Shown one piece after another: positions 1 through 13,332 of a DNA stretch of 64,000 bases. Under the pieces are notes generated by a model, which was not told the DNA's origin, did no database searches, and saw only the letters and a list, made by a program, of their open reading frames with translations. The stretch is from Octopus vulgaris (lineage: Eukaryota), in contig OX597824.1 of the NCBI GenBank assembly GCA_951406725.2, forward strand, positions 97,154,001 to 97,218,000, given 5' to 3'. Every line of letters starts with the position of its first letter. Within the stretch, counting starts at the first letter, position 1. Both the position numbers and the translations under genes were made by a program.

Positions 1-470
1 AAGAATTTGATAAGATCAGAAAACATAAAGATTTGCTAATCGAAATGGAAAAGATGTGACATCTCAAGACGGTTCCAATACCAGTGATTGTAGGAGCACT
101 TGGAATGATCAAAAAAGGAACTGAAAATTATTTAAGAATGACCCCTGGATTACCATCCATGCAGGAAGAGCAAAAGGTTGTCTCAATTGGTATGTCACAC
201 GTATTGAGAAGAGCATCGTCGCTGTGAATTTTCTTTCCTTTTTCCCCTTCATTTTATTTGTTTAGTTTTCTATATTTTATTCTTTCCTTTTTCTCTCTGT
301 CCTCCCCTTTTTCTCTATCACGTGACTCTGTAAATGAACAATCTGGTGTGCTTGTTTTAATGGCCTACCAATGTATACAGTACGTTTGTCTGCTCTAGGT
401 GTCAGGAAGACATTTGGCAAGAAATGGAAACAGAATTGAAAGAAAATGCTAATGAAAATAATGATAATAA
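1..470 (+). mobile_element. 3' end of R4/Dong-type non-LTR retrotransposon (RLE C-terminus + 3' UTR), decayed
   Basis: Frame 3 (3-227): EFDKIRKHKDLLIEMEKM*HLKTVPIPVIVGALGMIKKG...QKVVSIGMSHVLRRASSL*, matching the K..KY.DL..E...W...IPV.VGALG...GTAHILR C-terminus of RLE-type LINEs; followed by UTR and (TAA)n. Confidence 0.85.
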
Positions 471-862
471 TAATAATAATAATCAATTGTAATAGAGTTC
501 CCAGTCGTTACAAAAAGTTTGCCTCATTGGCAGCCAGAATAATCAGGTAATAATTAGAGAGCTGAAAAGAACGGATATCATTGTACCGTAGGCTGCAGGT
601 AGTAAGCTCGCTACGCATGTAGGACTCCAGGATCTCCAACAAAACCTGTGATAAAATGATAATAATAACAACAACAGCAATAATAATAATTATTATTATT
701 ATTGTTGTTGTTGTTGTTATGTTGTAGCTGCTTCTTTTATTAGCTTCAGGGAATTAACGAAAACAAAGAACACAGAATTCCAAGAAACAAAATCTTGAAA
801 TATGAGGGCTAACTGCTTAGCAACCCTAAAAATTTTCTACGACCCTGAACAACAGGGACAAG

Positions 863-865
<3 letters not shown>

Positions 866-918
<53 letters not shown>
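866..918. repeat. (CT)n microsatellite
   Basis: Direct reading. Confidence 0.95.
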
Positions 919-919
<1 letters not shown>

Positions 920-1016
920 ACTCACATTTCGTTTCCCCGGTTTAGAGTCACGTTGTAGGTGTAGCCTTCCTACGGTGGGGCTCCGCAAAGATTTTTGTCA
1001 ACCAAACTCCATAATA

Positions 1017-1425
1017 GGCGCAGGAGTGGCTGTGTGGTAAGTAGCTTGCTAACCAACCACATGGTTCCGGGTTCAGTCCCACTGCGTGGCATCTTGGGCA
1101 AGTGTCTTCTGCTATAGCCCCGGGCCGACCAATGCCTTGTGAGTGGATTTGGTAGACCGAAACTGAAAGAAGCCTGTCGTATATATGTATATATATATAA
1201 GTGTGTGTGTATATGTTTGTGTGTCTGTGTTTGTCCCCCTAGCATTGCTTGACAACCGATGCTGGTGTGTTTACGTCCCCGTCACTTAGCGGTTCGGCAA
1301 AAGAGACCGATAGAATAAGTACTGGGCTTACAAAGAATAAGTCCCGGGGTCGATTTGCTCGACTAAAGGTGGTGCTCCAGCATGGCTGCAGTCAAATGAC
1401 TGAAACAAGTAAAAGAGTAAAGAGA
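1017..1425 (+). mobile_element. tRNA-derived SINE family A, near full length
   Basis: A box TGGCTGTGTGG, B box GGTTCAGTCCC, CORE-like TTGGGCAAGTGTCTT, internal (TA/TG)n, tail ...GAAACAAGTAAAAGAGTAAAGAG; partial copies elsewhere in window. Confidence 0.85.
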
Positions 1426-1729
1426 ATATATTCGGTGATCACGGTTCATGGTATCAAACACTTTTCTAATGTACCAAGCATCAGGATTGAAACTCAATCT
1501 TTTTTTTTGTATGAAAAACGGATATTTTAACCATATCGCTAGTCACAACTTCTAAGAATTTAACTTCTAAGAATCTCTCAAATACAAATTATTGCATTTG
1601 TATTTATTCATTCTGCTTTTCTATAGAATAAATCCATAATGGCCACCAGCAATTCTAATCGTTTAGTTCTTTATCTCATAGAGTTTCCTGTTAAACTGGG
1701 TTCCTTGTCTCTATTAGATATTATTGTCG

Positions 1730-1885
1730 TAGCCGAAGGATGCAGAAATGCGTCGCTACGTGGTTCCGGGTTTCATTCGACTGAAAGGTACCACCTTCGG
1801 GTGAGTCAGTGTCTTCTACTGTAACGATGAGAAGACATATTCTGAGCGGAATTGGGTAAACAGAAACTGTGCCGAAGACCGTTAG
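1730..1885 (+). mobile_element. Degenerate SINE A 5' part
   Basis: GTGGTTCCGGGTTTCATTC...GTGTCTTCTACTGTA...GGTAAACAGAAACTG resembles 1017-1180. Confidence 0.55.
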
Positions 1886-1951
1886 GTGTGCGTGCCTGCA
1901 TGCACGCGCATGCGTGAGTATGTGCATTCATATTTGTATATATAAGCTCTC

Positions 1952-2023
<72 letters not shown>

Positions 2024-2065
2024 CTATCAATTTAGCTATATATCTCTCCATTTAGCTATATATGT

Positions 2066-2139
<74 letters not shown>

Positions 2140-2140
2140 A
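1952..2140. repeat. (TATC)n and (CA)n microsatellites
   Basis: Direct reading. Confidence 0.95.
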
Positions 2141-2159
2141 TGTTTGTATGTACAGCGTG

Positions 2160-2340
2160 TGTATCGTTGGCGATTTTTTTCCTCCGTCTTCCCTTCCTTG
2201 GATCTTTCCTTTTCCTATGTTTCTGACGAAGAGCTCCGCTCGAAACGTAAAAGACTTTCTCACTTCCCAAGCGTTAAACTAATACATCTGTTTGTTGCTT
2301 ACACACCCGACTTCGTCTTTTGTTTTCTTGTAAATTATGA
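2160..2340 (+). mobile_element. Penelope-like pLTR fragment carrying minimal hammerhead motif (2219-2254)
   Basis: CTGACGA-A-GAGC-tcc-GCTC-GAAA-CGTA; element lies between (CA)n and (TA)n tracts. Confidence 0.65.
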
Positions 2341-2369
<29 letters not shown>

Positions 2370-2371
<2 letters not shown>

Positions 2372-2440
2372 GCTACACACCGCCAGGAATCGAACTCACG
2401 GCCTTGTGATCGTGAGCCGAATACTCCTTATCACTAAGCC
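2370..2440 (-). mobile_element. tRNA-like SINE head
   Basis: Minus strand GGCTTAGTG...GAGTTCGATTCCTGG (A/B boxes). Confidence 0.55.
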
Positions 2441-2922
2441 GAGCTCCTTCAATTTACTGGAGTCAAATAGGATTGACTGAAAAGCATTGAAGCTGTTGCT
2501 ACAGCTTGGCAGCAGTCCAATGAAATAAACCACAGTAGAAGAGAGTAAGAGTACATTGAGTATTATAGTTACTTGGTGGACTTGGCCATTCAAAAGTCGC
2601 AATCGTTGGACGTCGATCAATTAAAACTACAACACAGAAATAATTACATCGCTTCGTTCTGTCCATCCTTCTTCTTTTCTTCTCCTACACTTTCTCCTCA
2701 TTCCCCTCCTCCTCCCCTTCTTCGCTTCCTTTCTTTCTCGACTTCTTTTTCTCCTTCATTCGTTTCTTTGCCGTCGATGCAGCCTGTCACCCTCCATCTC
2801 ATTAATTATAAGATATCCTTCGTGACAGTTTTCGCTCGTTTTGCTTACCAAGTCTAATATTACCTGTCATCAAGTTTGTGAGCTGGCCGAATCTTTACCG
2901 CGCCGAGGCAATTGCTTCTCAA

Positions 2923-3114
2923 AGGCGGCGAGGAGCTGGCAGAAACATTATGCATGTCGAGCGAAATGCTAAGCGGTATTTCGTCTGCCGCTACGTTGTG
3001 AGTTCAAATTCCGCCGATGTCGACTTTGCTTTTCATCCTTTCGGGGTCGATAAATTAAGTACTAGCTACGCACTGGGGTCGATGTAATTGACTTAATCCG
3101 TTTGTCTGTCCTTC
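2923..3114 (+). mobile_element. SINE family B, 3' truncated
   Basis: GGCGGCGAG..CTGGCAGAAAC...GAGTTCAAATTCCGCC...CTTTTCATCCTTTCGGGGTCGATAAATTAAGTAC; family has more than 10 copies in the window. Confidence 0.9.
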
Positions 3115-3717
3115 TTCCCACGCCGCCACCCCACTTGCTATGTGCTTAATACTCTAACTTTTCTACCGCTGCACCCCGTTATTCGAATCGAAATATATTC
3201 TGTGTCGTCTAGAAACTCACTTCGATACTTAATTCATTGTAATTGCAGCTTCTTATTGGAGCGAAGCAGATTTGTTATTCAATTGCTGTGTGCTTATTGT
3301 CTGCTAATAGGAAATGGAAATAACTATTAAAGACACCATTATTAGATAGAGAAATATATGGCTGAGTTATGAGACATATCTCTCTCTGCGTGTGCGAGCG
3401 TGTGTATGCGTGTGCGAGCGTGTGTATGTGTGTGTGTGTGTAAATGTCTGCGTGTGTGTGTGTATGTGTGTGTGTGTGCGTGTCTGTGTGTGTGTGTGTG
3501 TGTGTGTGCCTGTGTGAGTGCGCGTTAATGTGTGTGAGGATTTAGGTTTTGCTGGTGGCTTTTTAGATTTACCGGCAAAAATGTGTCTCCGTCGGGGTTT
3601 CCAATCGAAAACCTCTCCTCATTTAAAACGCAAAACCAATCCTCCGAGTTATTTACTTGTAATATTTTGAGCAAAGAAATCAACATCAACTCTTATGAAA
3701 TAAACATGAAACTAAAT

Positions 3718-3720
3718 TAT

Positions 3721-3787
<67 letters not shown>

Positions 3788-3836
3788 GTTACTGCTGCTG
3801 CTGCTACTACTACTACTACTACTACTACTGCTGCTG

Positions 3837-3868
<32 letters not shown>

Positions 3869-3996
3869 GCTGCTACTACTACTGCTGCTGCTGCTACTAC
3901 TACTACTACTACTACTGCTGCTACTACTACTACTACTACTACTGCTGCTGCTGCTACTACTACTACTACTACTACTACTACTAATAATAATAATAA
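3718..3996. repeat. Compound (CTA)n/(CTG)n microsatellite
   Basis: Direct reading. Confidence 0.95.
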
Positions 3997-4099
3997 TTTT
4001 CAACTAGCAATATCCCTGCCTCGGATGACCCTCATTGGCCAAGAATGATTGGTGCACACGACACAACACCAAGCTGTTACCGAAGAGGCAGAATGAGAA

Positions 4100-4245
4100 C
4101 TGAGCCACTTACCGTCTCTTTGCAGAAAAATGCCATTCTGTACTCCGCAAGAATCTCGATAAACATTCTTGAGATTTGAAGAGACTTGTTGTCGCCAAAT
4201 CTAACGATAATCTTTACTAATTAAATTAACGTTTTGTATGACAAC
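4100..4245 (+). mobile_element. R4/Dong-type LINE 3' end, copy 1
   Basis: SLQKNAILYSARISINILEI* then UTR GAGACTTGTTGTCGCCAAATCTAACGATAA..., ending in (GAT)n/(AAT)n. Confidence 0.7.
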
Positions 4246-4247
4246 AG

Positions 4248-4312
4248 CAATGATGATGATGATGATGATGATAATAATAATAATAATGATAATAGTAATA
4301 ATAATAATAATG

Positions 4313-4399
<87 letters not shown>
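4248..4399. repeat. (GAT)n/(AAT)n microsatellite
   Basis: Direct reading. Confidence 0.95.
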
Positions 4400-4400
<1 letters not shown>

Positions 4401-4469
4401 GAGAACTGGTGTAGACAGCATAACATCCAAAACTACTTCGTAAGAGGGAAAAGGATAGTGAAGTTGAGT

Positions 4470-4612
4470 CTGGCATTGTCGACATGTTGGAAAAGTGCAA
4501 TCCTGTACTTCGTAAGAAAGATTTTAAAGATTTCAGAAGACTTGTTGTCACCAAACATAACGATAAGATTTCTACTAATTAAATTGACGTTTAATAGATT
4601 TTGAACAGCAAA
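4470..4612 (+). mobile_element. R4/Dong-type LINE 3' end, copy 2 (same family as 4100-4245)
   Basis: KSAILYFVRKILKI plus UTR GACTTGTTGTCACCAAACATAACGATAAG...CTAATTAAATTGACGTTT. Confidence 0.7.
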
Positions 4613-4649
4613 AACAACAACACAACATTGCCGCTGGTGCCTATTCATA

Positions 4650-5085
4650 AAGTGGATAGAAAAGTTATATTTAAAACGAAGAACGTGATACAGACATTTA
4701 TACGATATTGGCTAAAGTTTTTAAGAACGTTAAAAGTTCTTAATTTACACGAAAACACTACGCATACTAATTTGATAATTATAGACACACACAGAATAAT
4801 TTTAAACAGATATCAGTCAAGGGATCTCACTCACACATCCTGAGAAACAAACACCGACATTGGATCAAAGATTCCTATAGCTTAAATCAGCTTTCACTCT
4901 ATTTACTGGAAGCTGGTACATGCAAAAGTGCCTCTAAGTGTGTGTGCGTCAACCGAACCGTGAAGGGCATTATATCCACTGTAGCATAATTCTTGAAACG
5001 TCCGTAGACTACCAATATAGCCTTTATAAAAAAGTCTGTCTTATGGATGTGAATACCATTGATCCCTTATCTCGAGTCCGATGGA
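4650..5085 (+). mobile_element. Possible decayed Penelope 3' end/pLTR
   Basis: LIIIDTHRIILNRYQSRDL resembles a GIY-YIG C-terminus; degenerate HHR-like GTGAAGG..ATTAT..ATAAT..GAAACGTC at about 4960-5005. Confidence 0.35.
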
Positions 5086-6989
5086 CGTTGCTTGTCTAAG
5101 CTTAACAATTAATTGAAAGCAAATTCTTCGTTTTTTTCCGGACCTCTCCAAAGTTGACAGACCTTGTGGGTATTGGACCCTTTTTATTTATTCTGCTTGA
5201 TTTTGTTTTCCTTTACTTCTTCTCTTACCATTCACGTGACAACTTGTTTCTTCTTCCCCAGTCCCCATTTCATTCCTATCATCCTTTGATGATGGGATTT
5301 CACTTCAGGGAAAGATACCCTGATTCTTGTCTCTTGCTGTCAGCTTCATGTTCCTCTGTTCATACGACTTACCATAGCAGCCGCACTTCACTGTTATCGC
5401 TGTTGCAGTTTTTCTTGCGCTCTTCTTAGTCTTTCGACTTCTTCCAGGCAGAAAACTCTTTAGTGTCCCTTATTGTCATACGTACAACTGGGACTTCTGT
5501 CCGGCACTTCAAGTGTTATAGCATCCCTTTCTGCACCCGTGACTGAGTACAGCTCCAGAATGGGCCTCTGTAGTTTGAGGGTATTCATAGCTTGCATGTC
5601 TATGCAGCACTCCTCCATCTGACCACGTATCGCTCCTTGGAACCTCAGCGCTTAACATCTGTCTGAACTATGCCACAAAAGTAACAAAGCTCCAAACACC
5701 GACACTGTTATTAATATTCTTCACCGTGACCTGTGGGTTGCGCCTCCTCAAAAATGTCGTCACAAATCTTTAGGCAGGCGTATAATGCACCAGCTCGCGG
5801 TACTTTGTCATCTCGTCCTTAAATCCAGATATGAAATATCAAGCGATGTGTCATGGCGGATTACTTAAAAAGGTAATGAGAAACTTAAAAGTCAATCAAT
5901 CAACAAAGATGTGAATTACAACCTGTGTGCGTGTTCTGTTCACGGAACGAACCCACCTAATACAGTTGTTTATGTTCTAAGATATCCTCTTATTTTAAGA
6001 ATAATACACACACACACACACACCTATATATATATATATGAATGTATGTACGAATGTCTGTGTATATGCATGTATACACATTTGAATGGACAGACGAAAG
6101 AAAAAGTACTCGCTACATATGATATTGATATTTATTTATGTACATATTTAATCATTTAAATAATTATTTATTCGAAATTGAGGAGACACTCGGTCAATAC
6201 TTGATCTTTCGTCCAGCTTATGCTAGGTTATTATCGAAGATATACATACATACAAACATACACACACACACACACACACGCACATACACACAGTTACGTT
6301 ATTTAGCTGATGATTATACACACGTGCATGTATTTAAACCGATAAAATATATATTGGAAATGGCATATATCGTCGAGAGAAATGAAACACGATAATAAAT
6401 TATTGATTGGAAAATTAAGTGTCCAAAGAGAAAGAGAGAGAGATACATGCTAATCGTTTGCCGAAGCTGTTCCATGGAGCAGTCGTTCCCGCGTCTCAAT
6501 TCGACGGGTTTCCACAGATTTCTAAGTTTTATTCATTAAAATTGTCAGGAAGAGTAATTCAAAACGAAATTAATAACAACAAACATTAAATGCAATATAT
6601 TTGCCAAAACAATACATTCTGTTCTGATTCTACCTATACGAAGATGGTAAATTGAATTGTTGTTAATGCTGAATGTAGATTTCAGAACGGAAAATTCCAA
6701 CATTGAGTAAAAAATTACCAAAAAAAAAAAAAAAAAAAAAATTTCGGAAACAGAAACATCGAATATTATTTAAAAACAACAACTTTTGGTTTTCTTAATT
6801 GAAATACAGATTCTCATATTCTCTTGGGATAAATGAGACAATAAATAGAGATAAAATAACTTTGTACAGAAATAAACAGGAGAACCAGAATGCCAGAAGG
6901 TAACCAAACAGTAAATGAAGAAAACGGAAAAAAATAAGCTCAAAATATTTAATGAGAAGTTTCTTTGAGAAAACACTCACGCGCGCGCT

Positions 6990-7053
<64 letters not shown>

Positions 7054-7369
7054 CAAAAAGTTTTAAATCATGTATCTATGATTAATTTATTATAAAACCA
7101 ATATTACGTAAAATTGAAAATAAAAAAGTCAGTGAAAAGCCTCTCCGGCCCACAAAAATCAAACAAAAAAACAAAAAACAAAAAAAAAAACAAAAACCAA
7201 ATAATATAGAAATGCTGTTTGTATAAAAATACATTTTTTGTGTTTCCTGAATATAAATAGCAGAGTTGAAAGAGAAAAAGAAGAGGAAAAGGGTTTGATT
7301 TTTATTGCTGTTGTGATTGTTCTTGTTGTTACTTAGTCCCAGATCAGCACTGAAAGAGCAGACCAGTAA

Positions 7370-7576
7370 TCCTTTCTGCAATAGGCGCAAGGTCTGAGAT
7401 TTGGGGGACGAGTCAATTACATGGACCCCAGTGTGTAACTGGTACTTATTTTATCGATCCTGAAGGGGGAAAGGGAAATTTGGCCCCAGCGGAATTTGAA
7501 CTCAGAACGTAGGGACGGGCGAAAAACCGCTAAGCAATTTGTCTAACGTGCTAGCGATTCTGCCAGCTCGCCGCCT
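7370..7576 (-). mobile_element. SINE B (tail variant 3) with 15-bp TSD
   Basis: Flanked by AGAGCAGACCA(G/A)TAA at 7355-7369 and 7578-7592; inserted in an older short repeat. Confidence 0.85.
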
Positions 7577-8184
7577 CAGAGCAGACCAATAACAGAAGGC
7601 GTTCCAGCTGCGACCGCCCTACCATATTTTATTCATAAATCATTTGAACATTATTCACTGCTGAAAAGGGAGTCTTCCTAGGAGGACTGCTCGTAGAAAC
7701 CCCACATAACCACGATCGCCCTATCCACCAGGGAAAACACACACCCAACACCGTTTTCATACAATCTGCAGGTGAATGCCATGAGCGGGTCTGTGCACCA
7801 GGACCATTCTTGCTACTGAAGTGGGAGACTTTCTGGGGCTGCTCGAGGAAACTAAAACATTTCAGTATGATTAAGGAATATAAGGTCAGCACCTCCAGTA
7901 TGTTTGCTAACCGTACAGAGCTCCTGTGGTGCATAATTTTGCTAGAAATAACACCTGAAACCATCACCTACTTTTATACCTTTTCCTCTTTTAAAAAACG
8001 AAATTTATGCTAAATTATGTGATCTTAGACTATTACACCATGACTAGAAAGCAAAGGACGGGATGGTCAGTATTGGAGCATCATTGATTATAGTACTCTT
8101 CGATCGTGCCTGACCTGGTGTTAAATAACATTGTGAATAAGAAGAGAAGCAGAAGTGAAGCAACTGTAATCGCAATAACGCAAC

Positions 8185-8232
<48 letters not shown>

Positions 8233-8379
8233 GCAGCAGTAGCAGCATGGAAGAACACAAACTTTTAATAGAATTGCAAAAATATTCTTTTTGTATCTGA
8301 AGCGTATAGAAGGAAAATCGTTATCGTTACAGTAGGAAGGAATTGTATTTTGGTGAAATGTTTTCAGGGAAACAAATAC

Positions 8380-8630
8380 AGAGCGAGAAGATAGAGAAGC
8401 CATAAAAGGAGATGAGAGTTAAAGAAATCTGGCAACAAGATGGATTGAGCTAAAAAAAAAAAATGTATGGCATTTTCGTAGAATAATTGGAAAATGTCTG
8501 CCAATGATTGAGGATGAGGTGAAGAATAATAAGCAAGTAGAATGTCTCTGTCGAATAAAATAAAGCTAAGTATGGCAGATTAACAGAATAATCGGTGAGA
8601 AATGCGGGCAAAAGAAGGCTGTAGTTCTTT
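8380..8630 (+). pseudogene. Highly decayed R4/Dong-type ORF fragment
   Basis: W..KKKMYGIFVE*LENVCQ*LRM resembles the W..K.MHGQF.RE....W.WLR region. Confidence 0.3.
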
Positions 8631-8925
8631 AGGTTGACCACTGAATTCTACTGGAATTAACTTCGTGCTACCAGTTTGCTGAGTTAATAAAACAAGCGCC
8701 TTATTTTTTTTACCATTTCCCCGTGTTATCATTTTTATTAGCACCCTTATTTAGAGAGAAGGAGAGAGAGAGAGCGAGAGAGGAAGGGGTGGGAAGAAGA
8801 GAGAAAGGGAGTGTGCGTTTGAATGCTGCGGTGACACTATTTTAGGGTTTTAAAGATAGACAATAGCAGTGATTTGATCCCGTTGTGCTCTCAGCAGTGT
8901 GTCATTTCACCCGTGGTTTAAAGAG

Positions 8926-9155
8926 GGCGGTGAGCTGGCAGAACCGTTAGCACGCCGGGCGAAATGCTTAGCGGTATTTCGTCTGCCGCTACGTTCTGAG
9001 TTCAAATTCCGCCGAGATCGACTTTGCCTTTCATCCTTTCGGGGTCGATAAATTAAGTACCAGTTACGTACTGGGTCGATGTAATCGACTTAATCCGTTT
9101 GTCTGTCCTTGTTTGTCCCCTCTGTGTTTAGCCCCTTGTGGGTAGTAAAGAAATA
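8926..9155 (+). mobile_element. SINE B full length with 11-bp TSD
   Basis: TSD GGTTTAAAGAG at 8915-8925 and 9156-9166. Confidence 0.92.
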
Positions 9156-9421
9156 GGTTTAAAGAGCCATGGCTTGTTAAAGATTTCAGCTTCTGTTGTA
9201 TTGTAGTAATCTCTTCTTTTCACGCAGATCCCAAGAGGATTAAGTTAATCTCCTCTAATACGTTATTGCTACTCTATCTTGTCATTTCCAGCAGAAGGGT
9301 GACCGGCAAATTAAATGTCGACGGGATTTGAAATCAGAACCTACGTTAAGGTATTTTCTTTGATGCTTCATACATTCAACCAATTTCTATAAAATATATT
9401 ACAGTCAGCAGACTAAATAGT

Positions 9422-9630
9422 GATTTCAAATTTTGGCACAAGGCCAGCAATTTCGGTGGTGGATGTAAATCGATTAGATCGACCCCAGGGTCCGAGTGGT
9501 ACATTTCTTTATCGACTCCGAAAGGGATGAAAGGCAAAGTCGACATTGGTGGAATTTGAACTCTGAACATAAAGGACAAAATGCCGCTAAGCGTTTTGTC
9601 CGGCGTGCTAACGGTTCTGCCAACTCGTCG
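9422..9630 (-). mobile_element. SINE B (tail variant 2)
   Basis: Same head and central domain; tail AATTGCTGGCCTTGTGCCAAAATTTGAAA. Confidence 0.85.
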
Positions 9631-9874
9631 ATTTACAAGAAGGGTAAATATTGACATCGATGTTTTCGAATAAACTCTGGTCTATATTGCTCCAGACTGA
9701 GCACAGTACAATGACTGAATTGGTGGTATTTGGTCTCGTGACATAAGGCTCTGAGTTCAAATCCTGTCGAGGTATATTTTTACCTTTGAATCTTTTTGGG
9801 AAAAATTGACCCTTCGATTGGCCCTTCCTTCAAATTTGTTGCTATGTATCAATTTTTCTGTAGTAGTAGTAGTG

Positions 9875-9916
<42 letters not shown>

Positions 9917-10519
9917 ATAGTTTAAGCAGATATTATTCCTTATTCAGAAAACCTATGATCAACCACGTTACAATCCTCAACATCTAAGCATTTCATATCG
10001 CAGGAACTACATTGTCCAATGAAGCCCCATTTTTTATGATTTCTGTGAGATTTGGTTGCTGACCGCATAAAACATACCCCGCGAAAGATGACGGTTTTGT
10101 AGGACAATCGCCAAACGTACGGAATATGAGACAGTCATTCCTTATTTAGCTTTCCTTATGTTCTAAGTTCGAATCTTCGTAAAATGGATAACTTTGTCAT
10201 GAATTTCGTATCAAGGACAATAATATTATACAGTATACGTCATCTTTACATAAGGTATGGATTTATACTTCGGAAAGAAATCAAAGTAACATTTCTGGAA
10301 ATATTTATATTCTAGAATTATAACTGAAATAAGTAAATGAATAAGAATTATTTTTTAGAACTTAAATAAAAGAAATCAGGTCCCGCGTTACGTCACATTA
10401 TATGTTATATGCCCCGTGTTACGTCACATGTCGCAACTCATACGTCTTTTGTCACTGAACAAAATTACGCACCGCAATTACACCAAACGTACTGCGAGTC
10501 TGTCAAACTTACCACTTCT

Positions 10520-10592
<73 letters not shown>

Positions 10593-11768
10593 TCATACAC
10601 ATACAAGTACAGGGAGAAAGGAGACACACACACAGAGACAATTTTACACGTTATTTAGTATTTCGTGGGTGCGTAGGAGACATCCATCTCATCAGAAGTT
10701 CGTGGTGCGTCCTTTCTTTAGTTCACACAATAGTCTGTGCGTGTGTATATGTATATGTATATGTATATATATATATGTGTGTATATATATATGTATATGT
10801 AATATATATATATATGGGTGTGTATGTGTATATATATATATATATATATATAAACATATATATATATGTACCCACATGTGTGTGAGTGTGCGCGTACGTG
10901 TGTATAGCAGTTATGCATCGAGCATCGCGCTTATTTCCATAAACATTCCCCTAAGATAGATTTACGAATGTCTGCTAACAGAAAACTCACATAGTGTACC
11001 TCAGAGTGAAAAGTAGAAACCTTTGTTGAATCTTGTTTTTGTTCTCTTCACCGCCAGCAGATCAGCCGAAATGGTTTTAATGCTTTGTATCGCTTCATCG
11101 CAGGTAATTTTGCTAATATTCCTCATCACAAGGTCACAAGTACCTTATAAATATTTATGACATACACAAACACGAAAAATATTAAATTGGTCTGTCGAAT
11201 TTGCATAACATTAGCAAAAACGCTGGAGAAATTTAATTAATTAATTAATTGATAGAAGTACTGTAAAGACTTCGTTTTTGTTATTACAAATAAATTTATA
11301 AAGTAAAATTAACGGTTTATAGTTTTAGCAAAATATATTTATTGCCTTGTATAAAAAAGGGACGCTAAGCTAAAACCACACGTCTTTCTCTTTGTATCCT
11401 AAAAGAAAAAAAACACACGGCAGCACCATTGACCAGTTACTCATTTTCACAGACTACAGAAGAAATGTTTCCTTTTTTTTGTCTCTTAATTGTTGAACTA
11501 CTATCTATGAAAAAACAACAACAAAAAACAAGAAAAATAAGTAAACAAAGCAACATTTTATGAATTTCTCTCAAAACGTAATGATTTTCTACCTATAAAA
11601 AATGTCACGCTTCGTCAAATGTTTAATTTAGTTTAATTTATTTGCCTTCGGTTATTTCATGCTGATAATTTCTAATAAGAACGAAATGATACTTTACATG
11701 ATTACCTAAGATTAGATATTTTAAGAGCTTTCTCATAAGCAAACAGAAGAAAATTAGATATGTATTTG

Positions 11769-11925
11769 CGTAGGCGTAGCTGTGTGGTAGGAAGCTTGAT
11801 TTCCAACTGTATGGTTTCGGGTGCAGCCCCCTGCGTGGTAACTGGGCAAGTGTTTTCTATTATAGCCTTGGGCTTACCAAAGCCTTGTCAGTGGATTTGG
11901 TAGACGGAAACTGAAAAAAGCCCGT
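11769..11925 (+). mobile_element. SINE A 5' half running into (TA)n
   Basis: Similar to 1017-1180. Confidence 0.8.
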
Positions 11926-11952
11926 CATATATATACATACATGCATATATAT

Positions 11953-12012
<60 letters not shown>

Positions 12013-12495
12013 TGTATGTATGTATATATATATACGTATATATATACATATATATATCTGTATATATATATAATATATATATGTATATATATATATATAT
12101 TTACATACATACACATATACATACCTACATACATACATGCATATACACACACATAATTAAGATTCAGTTTAATTAGGTACTTAAATTGAGGTACCAAGAC
12201 AGTTCGGTTTAGTCCGCGCTGCTAGAATTTAGGTGAATAAAAAGCAAATAAGTAACTAGGATGTCCAGGTGACATTGAATTACATCCGCTTCAAGTGACT
12301 CCATTTATTCAATCAATGAAAATATTACTCCAACTGGAAAGAAACCTCTCATCCGAGGAGAGCGGTTTATTTCAAACTGATGTAATGTTTACATTGATCG
12401 ATTAAATGGAGCCGTTTGAAACGGCTGTAATGCACTGATACATGGACATCTTTGTTACTTATTTGTTATATATATATATATGTATATATATATGT

Positions 12496-12545
<50 letters not shown>

Positions 12546-12556
12546 ATATATATGTG

Positions 12557-12594
<38 letters not shown>

Positions 12595-12648
12595 TATATG
12601 TATATATATATGTATGTATGTATGTATATATACATATATATATATATA

Positions 12649-12739
<91 letters not shown>

Positions 12740-13098
12740 GTTTACGCTGTCATCCAGTTTGCTAGAAATAACGTCCAAATTTCACTTAAATCATACCCTA
12801 CTCACTAACGAAAGAAGGATACAGTAGAGAATGTAGTTGCATTCACAGATCATAGGTAATTATGAAGGGGTTTGGTAAGTGCAGAGCGCAAAGAGTATCT
12901 TATAGACAGCTACAATGTGATGTCCGGAGTACTTTGTCCCAGTTATTTTGAGGAAAATTATCATCTCCAGATAAATCAGCGCAGGGTTAAATGGATGAAT
13001 TTCAAATCAACCCCGATTAATTGTTTGAAGCTCAAAGGAGATCCATGGATTATAATATATACATATATATATATATATATATTATAATCCATGGCTCT

Positions 13099-13180
<82 letters not shown>

Positions 13181-13182
13181 AG

Positions 13183-13271
<89 letters not shown>

Positions 13272-13272
13272 G

Positions 13273-13310
<38 letters not shown>

Positions 13311-13325
13311 GATCTATCTATCAAT
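11926..13325. repeat. Cluster of (TA)n, (CT)n and (TATC)n microsatellites separated by unique spacers
   Basis: Tracts at about 11926-12150, 12467-12735 and 13100-13322. Confidence 0.9.
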
Positions 13326-13332
13326 AGATATA

